Below, piece by piece: positions 1 through 8,483 of a DNA stretch of 37,914 bases. This DNA is from a virus (taxonomy: Duplodnaviria; Caudoviricetes), in IMG/VR virus record IMGVR_UViG_3300046490_000095, positions 1-37,914 of that record. One strand, written 5' to 3'. The notes beneath the pieces were generated by a model. The model searched no databases. It saw only the letters and a program-made list of their open reading frames with translations, and was not told where the DNA came from. Position numbers and translations under genes: made by a program. Within the stretch, counting starts at the first letter, position 1. Every line of letters starts with the position of its first letter.

Positions 1-1
1 C

Positions 2-202
2 ACCGTCTCGATCACCATCGCAGGCGTGAAGCTCACGGACATCGTCATCCTCGAGCCCCCGGTGGGGCTCGAGGCCGGGCTGGTGTTCCAGGGCGTGCGC
101 GCGAAGGCGGGCGGCGCCGACGTCGACATCTCGAACCCGACCGCGGGCACCATCGACGGTGCGTCCCGCTCGTGGGGCTACAAGGTCATCAAGTCGGCCT
201 GA
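2..202 (+). CDS. 3' end of a virion structural protein (probable head decoration/fibre-like protein), truncated by the window edge
   Basis: Frame 2 is open with high GC3: TVSITIAGVKLTDIVILEPPVGLEAGLVFQGVRAKAGGADVDISNPTAGTIDGASRSWGYKVIKSA*. Beta-rich and upstream of the neck genes. Not in the ORF track because it lacks a start. Confidence 0.6.
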   Translation, partial: TVSITIAGVKLTDIVILEPPVGLEAGLVFQGVRAKAGGADVDISNPTAGTIDGASRSWGYKVIKSA

Positions 203-211
203 TCGACTTGC

Positions 212-246
212 GGGGCCGGGGATGCTGAACATGGCTCCCCGGCCCC
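212..246 (+). terminator. GC-rich stem-loop (terminator or mRNA stabiliser)
   Basis: ggggccgggga (212-222) and tccccggcccc (236-246) form a perfect 11-bp inverted repeat just after a stop codon. Confidence 0.55.
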
Positions 247-263
247 TACCCACAGGAGGACCC

Positions 264-536
264 ATGTACGTCGTCCGCAGGCCCTGCACGATCAACGGCA
301 TCGCGTACGGCCCCGGCGAGGCCGTCTCCGACGAGGCCATCGCCGCGTGCCCGCGTCCGGAGACGCTGCTGCGCACCGGCATCCTGGTCTGGAAGGGCGA
401 CGCCGCCCTGGACCCCAACTCCGTGCGCTCGAGCCGCGCCAAGCGCGCCGGCACGACCGCCATCATGACCGAGGTCGTCGCACCGCCGGCGCCCCCGAAG
501 CCCAAGCGCGTCCGAGCGAAGAAGGTGCCCGCATGA
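264..536 (+). CDS. hypothetical small virion-region protein (90 aa)
   Basis: RBS caggagga before ATG 264; MYVVRRPCTINGIAYGPGEAVS...; basic Pro/Lys C-terminal tail. Confidence 0.75.
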   Translation: MYVVRRPCTINGIAYGPGEAVSDEAIAACPRPETLLRTGILVWKGDAALDPNSVRSSRAKRAGTTAIMTEVVAPPAPPKPKRVRAKKVPA

Positions 537-748
537 GTGCGTTCGGTCCCCGCCACGTCGTCTCCAAGGGCAGCCCGAAGCTGGGCCTGAAGATGATCGG
601 CGCCTACGGCAAGAAGCCCTCGACGAGCATGAGCTCGCTCCGCTCGGCCACGGCCGGGACCAAGGCGCGCAAGACCAGCGCCGTGGCCGACCGCGATGTG
701 GACCTGCGCGCCACCAAGGGCTACAAGGGCGTCACGGCGGACTCATGA
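533..748 (+). CDS. small basic protein with N-terminal SAFG-x2-H-x-VSK motif (putative internal head protein)
   Basis: ATGA overlap with upstream gene; MSAFGPRHVVSKGSPK...; Lys/Arg-rich. Confidence 0.65.
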   Translation: MSAFGPRHVVSKGSPKLGLKMIGAYGKKPSTSMSSLRSATAGTKARKTSAVADRDVDLRATKGYKGVTADS

Positions 749-1143
749 GGTCGGCGTTCGGCGTCGAGCACGGGGACCTGGTCTCCAAGCTCCGCAAGAC
801 GGTGCCGGACTGGGCGACCGGTCCGCTGCCGGCGTCGACGGTGAAGGCCTACGACCGCTCCGAGCGCCACAAGGTCCGTGCCGGTGCCGGGAACCTGGCG
901 TCCAAGGTGGGAGCGGGAGCAGCTGGTGGCGCCGTGGGGGTCGGGATCGCGGCGCTGGCCGGCAAGAAGCTCAGGGTCCTGCGCGAAGGGACGAAGATCG
1001 CCGGGCACGCAGTCTCCGGGGGCACGCTGCGCGGCTGGACCGGCTCGACGCTGGCAGGCAGTTTCGGCGGCGCGGCGGGCGGCTCGGCCGGGGCCGTGCA
1101 CCTGAGCCACGTCAAGCAGGACCCGAAGTACGGCTACCGGTGA
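745..1143 (+). CDS. basic Gly/Ala-rich protein with N-terminal SAFGVEH...VSK motif (putative internal/ejection protein)
   Basis: ATGA overlap; MRSAFGVEHGDLVSK...; glycine-zipper-like hydrophobic segments (GAGAAGGAVGVGIAALAG). Confidence 0.75.
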   Translation: MRSAFGVEHGDLVSKLRKTVPDWATGPLPASTVKAYDRSERHKVRAGAGNLASKVGAGAAGGAVGVGIAALAGKKLRVLREGTKIAGHAVSGGTLRGWTGSTLAGSFGGAAGGSAGAVHLSHVKQDPKYGYR

Positions 1144-1210
1144 GCCTTGCCGTGATCCCTACGCTGAAGGTGCAAGGTCTCCCGGCCGGGAACCGACTCA
1201 AGGAGCACAC

Positions 1211-1594
1211 ATGACTGAGACCCCCGTGGCCACGGTCGAGCGGATCTCGCCCGATCGCAAGCTGCGCATCTGCGACGTCTGCGGCGGCGTCGACGACCAC
1301 CCGCGCCACGTCCTCGCGGCGGGCCTGGGCGAGATCCCCGTCAACGAGGCGAACCTCGCGAAGGTCCTCGCGGACGACTCGCTGACCGCCGAGGAGAAGG
1401 CCGCGATCGTCGCCGACATCGTCGACACGACCACGCAGCTGCGGCACCTCGACTGCTGCACCACCGTGGGCTGCCCGGACGGCACCTGCAACCGGCACAG
1501 CAACGACCTCAAGGGCGGCGAGCTCCTCGCGGCGATCCAGCTCGAGGGACCCACGGACAACAACCCGGCGCCTGCCGACGTGACGGAGGCGTGA
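1211..1594 (+). CDS. hypothetical Cys/His-rich (likely Zn-binding) protein
   Basis: RBS aaggag; motifs CDVC...DDHPRH...HLDCC..GC..GTC. Confidence 0.8.
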   Translation: MTETPVATVERISPDRKLRICDVCGGVDDHPRHVLAAGLGEIPVNEANLAKVLADDSLTAEEKAAIVADIVDTTTQLRHLDCCTTVGCPDGTCNRHSNDLKGGELLAAIQLEGPTDNNPAPADVTEA

Positions 1595-1595
1595 G

Positions 1596-2027
1596 ATGGC
1601 CCTCGACAACGCGGGCACCACGCTGCTCGCCAACAAGATCCTCAACGCGCTGCACCCGACCTCGGGCACCACGACCCTGGGCGCGCAGACCGTCACCTTC
1701 CCGATCCTGATCCGTCTCATGACGGCGAACGGAACGGCGACCTCGCTGGGCACCGAGCTCACCACCGGTGGTTCGTACACCGCGGCGAGCACGGGCATCG
1801 GCACCGGTCCCGGCGCGAACTGGGCGGCAGCCTCCGGCGGCTCCCAGGCCACCTCGGCGATCTGCTCGCAGACCAACATGCCCGCGGCCACCATCGTCGG
1901 CATCGAGCTGTGGGACTCCACCGCGACGAAGATCCGCACCGAGTGGGGCTCGATGACGTCCAAGACGACGTCCTCGGGCGACACCCTGTCGTTCGCCTCG
2001 GGCGCCATCACCTCCGCCCTGGCCTAG
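1596..2027 (+). CDS. small beta-rich fibre subunit (Gp80-like 'bead' family)
   Basis: Pattern L.L.TA.....GTE..GGSY....W.AASGG.....N.P..TI.GIELWDS......WG.M...KT..SGDTL.F..GAIT is typical of this minor tail/fibre family (recognised by eye). Confidence 0.7.
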   Translation: MALDNAGTTLLANKILNALHPTSGTTTLGAQTVTFPILIRLMTANGTATSLGTELTTGGSYTAASTGIGTGPGANWAAASGGSQATSAICSQTNMPAATIVGIELWDSTATKIRTEWGSMTSKTTSSGDTLSFASGAITSALA

Positions 2028-2033
2028 CCGGCT

Positions 2034-2070
2034 GGCGGTCCCGACTCTCTTCGCAGGAGCCGGGGCCGCC
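2034..2070 (+). terminator. stem-loop after the fibre subunit gene
   Basis: ggcggtcccgactc pairs with gagccggggccgcc (one G-U pair, one mismatch). Confidence 0.45.
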
Positions 2071-2092
2071 TAGGCCTCTCGGAAGGACCACC

Positions 2093-2563
2093 ATGGGTCT
2101 CCCCATCTACGACGCCGCCGTCCGTACGTCTGTCGTCGCGTCCGGTGGTGCTCTCGTCCAGCTCGTTCCTCCCACGGGAGCGCTCGGCACGGCCCGCGCC
2201 GTCCGGCTGCGCCAGGTGTGCATCTCGAACACCACCGCGACCGGCTTCGGCGTCGGCCTCGGCATCGCGTCCGCCGCTGCCGTCACCCCCGCCACGGCGG
2301 GCACGATCGTGCGTCGCTCGAACACGGTCGGCGCGATCGACGCCCCTTCCGGCTCGCTCATCTGGACGACGTTCGCGACCACGCCGACTGCCCCCACGGG
2401 CTACAACGCACGACTGTGGGTGCCGGGCTCGTCGATGGTCGTGTGGACGTTCAACGAGGGTGAGGAGCTCATCATCCCGCCCGCGGCCACGCCGCTGCCG
2501 TTCTGCGTGTTCAACACGGGCACCGGGCAGATCGCCGACGTCACCCTGAGTTGGGAAGAGTAG
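2093..2563 (+). CDS. hypothetical beta-sandwich structural protein (156 aa)
   Basis: RBS ggaagga before ATG 2093; MGLPIYDAAVRT...VTLSWEE; lies in the fibre cluster. Confidence 0.75.
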   Translation: MGLPIYDAAVRTSVVASGGALVQLVPPTGALGTARAVRLRQVCISNTTATGFGVGLGIASAAAVTPATAGTIVRRSNTVGAIDAPSGSLIWTTFATTPTAPTGYNARLWVPGSSMVVWTFNEGEELIIPPAATPLPFCVFNTGTGQIADVTLSWEE

Positions 2564-2574
2564 GGGCCTAGGCG

Positions 2575-5500
2575 ATGGCCGTTCGCTCTGGCTTCTCGAA
2601 CGGCAACGCGCTCGTCACGAACCCGTCGAGCCGCCTTCACGTCTCCCCCACGCCGCCGAGCATCGTCGTCCCCGGCGGCAGCGTCGGCGTCGATGCTGCT
2701 GTCGCGCTGACCGCGATCTCGACGCTGACCATCGAGCCTGTCCCGCCCGTCGCGACCGGCCTCCAGATGTGGCTGGACGCGGCGTCGCTCGCTCTCAACG
2801 ACGGCGACCTGGTCGCGCTCTGGAAGGATCAGAACGCCGGCACGTCCAACGACGCGGTGCAGGGAGCCTCGGCGTACCAGCCGAGGCTCAAGAAGTCCAT
2901 CGTCAACGGTCGCCCGGTCGTGCGCTTCGACGGCGCCGCCGACTGGATGCTCACGCCGCTGAATGCTGTGGGGTCGGCTTACACGGTGTTCGTGGTCGAG
3001 TCGGTCGCCGTGTCGGGATCGACCGACAAGACGATGATCGGCCCCACCGCGGGTGGTGGGTTCCAGTTCCGGGTGAACCCCTCCGGCACCGGCCAGCTGG
3101 TCGAGGCGACGGTCTCCAACATCGCGACGGGTACCGTCACCAGCCCGGCCCCCTCCTTCGTCGTCCAGGCCGCGTCCTTCGCCGCTGCCTCGTCGTACGC
3201 CCTCTACCTCAACGGCGCGTCGGCCGGCAGCGGCTCCACCGGGGTCTCGCTCGGCGGGTCGAGCACGTTCGTGGTCGGCTACAACGGAGCCAACCTCCTC
3301 GAGTACTTCAACGGTGACATCGCCGAGATCCTCGTCTACAACACCGTCCTGAGCCAGACCGACATCGACACGGTCAACGGCTACCTCCTGGCGAAGTACG
3401 CCATCAGCGCGGCTCCGGTGTCCCTGACCGCGACCTCCACGCTGACCGCTGCTGCCACCGTCGTGGGCTCGAGCACCGCGGCCCTGAGCGCCGCGAGCAC
3501 GCTGGGTGTGGCGGGCGTCGTCGAGCACCCCGCCACGGTCGCCCTGAGCGCAGCGAGCACGCTGAGCGCCGCAGCGTCGGTCCCCGTCGCGGCCACCGCC
3601 GCCCTGGTCGCCACGTCCACCCTGACCACTGTCGGGACGCTCGACAACGTCATCGGCCAGGGGATGACGAACTCGGGCTCGACCGCGGCCTCGTCGTCCG
3701 CGGTCACCCTTCCGACCTGGGCCTCGGGGCTTGTCGGGACCATCCTGGTCTGGACCGCGGCCGACTCGAACACGCGCACCGTGACCACGCCGAGCGGCTA
3801 CTCCTACCTCGGTGACGTGATCGGCAACTCCTCGTCCCGCGGCTACGTCTTCGCCAAGCCCATGACCGACGCCGACTCCGGGACCACGGTCACCATGACG
3901 TGGAGCGCCACCGGCGCGGTGACCTCGGGCTACTACGTCGTGCGCAACGAGGTCATCGACGTCGTCGGCACGAGCACGGGCGGCGCCGGAACGGCCCCGA
4001 AGACCGGGGTCGCCACTGCCGGCGCGCAGCCGAACCGGGCGATCGCGATGGTCTTCGGCCGGGGCGCGGCGGACGGCTCCACCGTCGGGCTGACCTCTCC
4101 GACCCCGACCCCGAACAACAACACCGCGGTCACCACCTCGAGGACGACCCCGAGCCGCAATCTCGGGGCGTTCCAGTCGGACTACCTGACGACCTCGACC
4201 TCCATCCCCGCCTACCAGATGACGGCCAGCCAGAGCATCTCCTACGGCGGCATCGTCGTCACACTGCTCCCGGCCGTGCTCGCGGCCGTCGCCCTGACCT
4301 CGTCCTCCACGTTGAGCGCGACGCCCACCCAGGAGCTCGCCGCGAGCGCCTCCCTGACCGCGGCCTCGACGCTGACGGTCACGCCGGTGATCACCGCCTT
4401 CGTCACCGCGGCGCTGACCGCGGCGAGCACGCTGACGACGACGGGCGTCAGGGAGACGCCAGGCACGGTGGCGCTCGTCGCTGCGTCGACGCTGACGGTC
4501 ACCGACTTCATCACCCGGCCCAGCACCGTGGCCCTGAGCGCCACGTCCACCCTGACGCTCTCGGCGCTCCAGACCTTCTTCGCCAGCATCGCGCTGACTG
4601 CCGCCTCCACGCTCACCGCGGCAGCCACGCGCGAGCAGCTGGCCCTGGCGACCCTGTCGGCGGCGAGCGCCCTGACGGTGACGGGCACGGCGACGCTGTT
4701 CGCCACCGTGGCCCTGACCGCGGCCTCCACGCTCACGACCACCGCGACCGTCGCCGGGTCGTCCTCCGTCGCTCTCGTCGCGGCCTCGGCGCTGACGGTC
4801 ACGTCGGTCCGCGAGGTCCCGGCCACGGTCGCCCTGACCGCCTCCAGCGCCCTGACGACCGCCGGTTTCGTCACCCTCGCCGCTACGGCGGCGCTCGTCG
4901 CCGCCTCCACCCTCACCACTGCCGGCGTACGCGAGGTCCCCGCCACCGCCGCCCTGGTCGCGAGCTCCACCCTGACCACGGCCGCGACCACCACCGGCTC
5001 GACGAGCGCCGCGCTGACCGCCACGAGCACCCTGTCGGTGACCGCCTTCGCGACGCTGTTCGCCACGGTCGCCCTGAGCGCGACCTCGACCCTGACGACG
5101 GCGCCCACTCGAGTGGTCACCCCGTCGTGCGCACTGAGCGCGACCTCGAGCCTGACCGTCGCCTACTTCACCGGGCAGTTCGCCACGGTCGCGCTCACCG
5201 CGACCTCCATCCTCACCACTACCGGCGTGCGCGAGGTCGCCCCCACCATCGCGCTGATCGCGGCCTCCACGCTGACGACGGCCGCCTCCCAGGGCCTCTT
5301 CGCCACCGTCGCGCTCGTCGCCTCGAGCACGCTGACCACAGCCGCGGTGCGCGAGGCGCCCGCCACGGCCGCCCTGGTCGCGAGCTCCACCCTGACGACG
5401 ACGGGCACCGTCTCGGGATCGAACACCATCGCGCTCGTCGCCGCTTCGACGCTGACCGTCGTCGGCACGGTCATCGAGCTCGCGACGGCGGCCCTGGCCG

Positions 5501-6228
5501 CTGTGTCGACGCTGACGACTGCCGGGGTGCGCGCGGCCGTCGCCACGGCGGCGCTGGTCGCGGCCTCCACACTGACCGTCACCGGCGTCCCGGAGAAGGT
5601 CGCCACCGCGGCGCTCGTCGCCTCCTCGACCCTGACCACCGCAGCCGTCGTCACCCAGTTCGCGACGGTCGCCCTGGTCGCCTCAAGCACGCTGACCGCG
5701 ACGCCGCTGCTGACCCTGGCGGCGGCCGCAGCCCTGGTAGCCACCGCGACGCTGACGGCCGCGGACTTCGTCACGCGCTTCGCCACGGCGGCCCTGAGCG
5801 CCTCCGGGACGCTCTCGGTGACCGGGACGAGGGAAGTCACCCCGGTTGCCGCTCTGAGCGCCACGGAGACGCTCACGACCGCCGGGGCGGTGGCCAGGGT
5901 AGCCACGGCGCCCCTGAGTACCACGCACACCCTGTCTGCGACGTCGACGGTCACCCGGGCCGCCCTGGCAGCCCTGAGCACCACGAGCACCCTGACGGTG
6001 TCCGCTGCGGCGACCGGGAGCGTCACGGCCTCCCTGACGGCGGTCTCCACCCTGACGATCTACACCTTCACCGACCCCAAGCTCTACGGGGGGCGCAGCG
6101 GCGTCCACCGCGGCCGCACCGGGTCGACCACGACGGTGGGGACCCCGGGAACAGCCACCGTCGAGCACGGCCTGGTCCTGGCGACCGTGGTCAGCGGCGG
6201 CGGGATCAGCACGGTCCGCAAGCCTTGA
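2575..6228 (+). CDS. large fibre protein: LamG/concanavalin-like domain, a second globular domain, and about 35 20-aa repeats
   Basis: LQMWLDA...WKDQ...NGRPVVRFDG...YFNGDIAEILVYNTVLS....VNGYLLAKY is a LamG-like signature; followed by AL(T/V/S)A(A/S/T)STLT repeats. Confidence 0.85.
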   Translation: MAVRSGFSNGNALVTNPSSRLHVSPTPPSIVVPGGSVGVDAAVALTAISTLTIEPVPPVATGLQMWLDAASLALNDGDLVALWKDQNAGTSNDAVQGASAYQPRLKKSIVNGRPVVRFDGAADWMLTPLNAVGSAYTVFVVESVAVSGSTDKTMIGPTAGGGFQFRVNPSGTGQLVEATVSNIATGTVTSPAPSFVVQAASFAAASSYALYLNGASAGSGSTGVSLGGSSTFVVGYNGANLLEYFNGDIAEILVYNTVLSQTDIDTVNGYLLAKYAISAAPVSLTATSTLTAAATVVGSSTAALSAASTLGVAGVVEHPATVALSAASTLSAAASVPVAATAALVATSTLTTVGTLDNVIGQGMTNSGSTAASSSAVTLPTWASGLVGTILVWTAADSNTRTVTTPSGYSYLGDVIGNSSSRGYVFAKPMTDADSGTTVTMTWSATGAVTSGYYVVRNEVIDVVGTSTGGAGTAPKTGVATAGAQPNRAIAMVFGRGAADGSTVGLTSPTPTPNNNTAVTTSRTTPSRNLGAFQSDYLTTSTSIPAYQMTASQSISYGGIVVTLLPAVLAAVALTSSSTLSATPTQELAASASLTAASTLTVTPVITAFVTAALTAASTLTTTGVRETPGTVALVAASTLTVTDFITRPSTVALSATSTLTLSALQTFFASIALTAASTLTAAATREQLALATLSAASALTVTGTATLFATVALTAASTLTTTATVAGSSSVALVAASALTVTSVREVPATVALTASSALTTAGFVTLAATAALVAASTLTTAGVREVPATAALVASSTLTTAATTTGSTSAALTATSTLSVTAFATLFATVALSATSTLTTAPTRVVTPSCALSATSSLTVAYFTGQFATVALTATSILTTTGVREVAPTIALIAASTLTTAASQGLFATVALVASSTLTTAAVREAPATAALVASSTLTTTGTVSGSNTIALVAASTLTVVGTVIELATAALAAVSTLTTAGVRAAVATAALVAASTLTVTGVPEKVATAALVASSTLTTAAVVTQFATVALVASSTLTATPLLTLAAAAALVATATLTAADFVTRFATAALSASGTLSVTGTREVTPVAALSATETLTTAGAVARVATAPLSTTHTLSATSTVTRAALAALSTTSTLTVSAAATGSVTASLTAVSTLTIYTFTDPKLYGGRSGVHRGRTGSTTTVGTPGTATVEHGLVLATVVSGGGISTVRKP
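4291..6060 (+). repeat. 30 tandem degenerate 60-bp (20-aa) repeats; 4 more at 3421-3660 and one near 2704
   Basis: The gc(c/g)ct(g/c)...ac(g/c)ctgac unit recurs with an exact 60-nt period and no indels. Confidence 0.9.
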
Positions 6229-6249
6229 TGAGCAGGAGACGATGGACCC

Positions 6250-7026
6250 ATGGCACCTGACATCCTCATGCGCGCGGGCAACCAGCTGCCGACCCTGCGG
6301 CGCGTGCTCGAGGTCGACGGCTCGCCGGTGAACCTCACCGGAGTGTCCGGGGTGGTGTTCAAGGTCTCCGGCGCGACCGGGATCGTCATCAGCGGGAACT
6401 GCACGGTCACCGACGCGCTCAACGGCCAGGTCGACTACACCTGGACCTCAGCCGACGCCCTGGTCCCCTCCGGGTTCTACCAGGCCTGGTACGAGGTCAG
6501 CTACTCCGGCGCCGGCACCCTCACGGTGCCCAACGGGGGCTACCTCGTCCTCCAGATCACCTCCACCGTGCAGGGCTCCTGGACGTACTCGGGCGACCCC
6601 TCGAGCTCGATGCGCGACGCCGTGCGCTACCACGTCGGGGACACCGACTCCACCGACCAGCTGATGAGCGACGGGGAGCTCGACTACGTCATCAACGACT
6701 GGTCGCTGATCACCACCTCGGCGCGCCTGATCGCCGCCGACGTCGCGGAGAACCTGGCGAACCGGTACGCGCGCGAGGTCTCCGTCTCCGCCGACGCCGT
6801 CACCGCGCAGCTCCAGGAGCTCGTGGCGAACTACCGCGCTCTCGCGGTAGCCCTGCGCGCGCAGGACGCGAACCGCAACCTCGGCGGCCCGGACATCGAC
6901 GTCGACGCCGACTCGGTCCCCGACCCCTCGGTGCGCCCGCTGAACTTCGCCATCGGGATGCACGACAACAAGCGCTCGGGCCCGACCCACCCGGAGATCG
7001 ACGAGTTCTACGGCGGCGTCTGGTGA
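6250..7026 (+). CDS. head-to-tail adaptor fused to an N-terminal BppU-like domain
   Basis: N-part (GNQLPTL...PVNLTG..V.F......G.VDYTW...D....GFYQAWYEV.Y...TLTVPNGGYL.L.I) is BppU-N-like; C-part from 6580 (WTYSGDPS....DAVRY.VGDTD..DQL.SD.E) is adaptor-like. Confidence 0.75.
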   Translation: MAPDILMRAGNQLPTLRRVLEVDGSPVNLTGVSGVVFKVSGATGIVISGNCTVTDALNGQVDYTWTSADALVPSGFYQAWYEVSYSGAGTLTVPNGGYLVLQITSTVQGSWTYSGDPSSSMRDAVRYHVGDTDSTDQLMSDGELDYVINDWSLITTSARLIAADVAENLANRYAREVSVSADAVTAQLQELVANYRALAVALRAQDANRNLGGPDIDVDADSVPDPSVRPLNFAIGMHDNKRSGPTHPEIDEFYGGVW

Positions 7027-7451
7027 CCAGGGCGGACCGTGCGCGCGCCGTCGTACGCCGGCGGGCCAACCTGGAGATGAACTGCTCGATCACCATCACC
7101 CGGCGCCAGCACAAGCCGGTCATGGACCCGGGCTCCCTCGTCGTGGTCCCGGTGACCTCGAAGGTCCTCTACACCGGGCTCGCCTTCATCCACGCCCAGG
7201 GCAACGGGCCCGAGGTGTTCGCCGGGGAGCAGGGCATCCCCTCGAACTCGACCGTCATCTCCATCCCGATGGAGTGGTCCCAGGTGCGCCCGGACGACAT
7301 GATCGCCGTCCTGAGCTGCGTCGAGGACACCACGATGGTCGGCCTGGACTTCCGCATCGCCTCCGTGGGCGGCGCGGGGATCTACTCGTCGACCCGCCAG
7401 CTGGCCTGCGTCGTGTGGGCCGACTCGCAGCGTTGGGAGCGCCCGTCATGA
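7023..7451 (+). CDS. head-to-tail stopper (DUF6093-like)
   Basis: M.C.ITITR......D.........VLYTG.A......IP......PDD.I.V; follows the adaptor. Confidence 0.7.
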   Translation: MTRADRARAVVRRRANLEMNCSITITRRQHKPVMDPGSLVVVPVTSKVLYTGLAFIHAQGNGPEVFAGEQGIPSNSTVISIPMEWSQVRPDDMIAVLSCVEDTTMVGLDFRIASVGGAGIYSSTRQLACVVWADSQRWERPS

Positions 7452-7561
7452 CGCGACTCGTCGCCAAGGCCTTCATCTACTCGTTCGCCTCCGTGCTCAC
7501 GGTGATCTGCGTCGCTACCGTCGTCGCGGACCGGGTCGACCGGAAGCTGCGGCCGCGGTGA
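7448..7561 (+). CDS. 37-aa single-TM peptide
   Basis: ATGA and GTGA overlaps on both sides; MTRLVAKAFIYSFASVLTVICVATVVADRVDRKLRPR. Confidence 0.55.
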   Translation: MTRLVAKAFIYSFASVLTVICVATVVADRVDRKLRPR

Positions 7562-8034
7562 GCGCCGCCAGCGCCGACCTGCGCGCCCTGGCCGCGGACC
7601 TGGCGAACGCCTCCGGGCAGGGCATCCAGCAGGCCGCCGCCGAGGTGATCCGGTCGACCGCCGTCAGCGTCCAGGGTCTCGCCCAGCAGTACGCGCCGGT
7701 GAGGACCGGGGCGCTGCGGGACTCCATCACCATCTCGTTCACCTCGGCGACCGCCGCCGACATCGGCCCGCACGTCCCCTACGGCCCGTTCCAGGAGTTC
7801 GGCACCGGCTCGAGGGGCGAGTTCCCCGGCTCCCCGTACCTGATCCGGCCCAAGAACGCCAAGGCGCTGTCCTTCATGATCGACGGCAAGCGCGTCGTCA
7901 CCACGCAGGTGATGCACCCCGGCGTGCGCGCGAAGGCCTACATGCGCCGCGCGATCGTCTCGGCGCTGGGACCGATGGGGGACGCGCTGGCTGAGAAGGG
8001 CGCGCTGCTCATCACGAGAGGACCGAACACATGA
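7558..8034 (+). CDS. HK97 gp10-like tail completion/neck protein
   Basis: APVRTGALRDSI...YGPFQEFGT...HPG..AKAYM motifs. Confidence 0.85.
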   Translation: MSAASADLRALAADLANASGQGIQQAAAEVIRSTAVSVQGLAQQYAPVRTGALRDSITISFTSATAADIGPHVPYGPFQEFGTGSRGEFPGSPYLIRPKNAKALSFMIDGKRVVTTQVMHPGVRAKAYMRRAIVSALGPMGDALAEKGALLITRGPNT

Positions 8035-8483
8035 TCGAGCGCTCCCCCTTCACCCGGCTGTGCATCGCCGCCATCGAGGGTGCCGGCTTCCCCGCGGCCG
8101 TCTCCGAGCGTCCCCGCGCGGGCGGCTGGCAGGGCGACCCCAACGCGCCCGGTGTCCCGTTCGTCCCGTATGCCGTTCTTGTCCCGCAGACGGCGAACGT
8201 CTCGAGCGGGCCGATCGGCGACCCCCAGGGCGACTGGCGGCTGCCCTACAGCGTGGGGACCTACGCCATCACCGGGGACCAGTGCGAGCAGGCCGCAGAC
8301 CGGGTCCGGGCCGTGCTCGCGGCGCTCGTGCGCAGCGCCGTTGCCTCTTCCGGCCCGTCGTACCGTGTAGTCAAGGTCAACGTGACCACGCTCGGGTCCG
8401 TCAACCGGGTGGATCAGACCGACCCGCCGTACTTCACCGAGACCGACGCCTTCGAGGTGTGGGCCAACAAGGAGCCGTCATGA
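8031..8483 (+). CDS. tail terminator protein
   Basis: PYAVL...YSV......QCE..ADRVRAVL...D....PPY; syntenic position before the major tail protein. Confidence 0.7.
   Translation: MIERSPFTRLCIAAIEGAGFPAAVSERPRAGGWQGDPNAPGVPFVPYAVLVPQTANVSSGPIGDPQGDWRLPYSVGTYAITGDQCEQAADRVRAVLAALVRSAVASSGPSYRVVKVNVTTLGSVNRVDQTDPPYFTETDAFEVWANKEPS

Noticed and set aside
3421-6060. 60-bp periodicity as a CRISPR array or DGR target
   Set aside because: Repeats are degenerate at synonymous positions, in frame and have no spacers; no cas or reverse transcriptase gene is present.
3900-6260. 786-aa Arg/His/Asp-rich ORF overlapping the fibre gene, plus antisense ORFs at 4242-6050
   Set aside because: Shadow frames of a GC-rich repetitive gene; composition is typical of off-frame translation.
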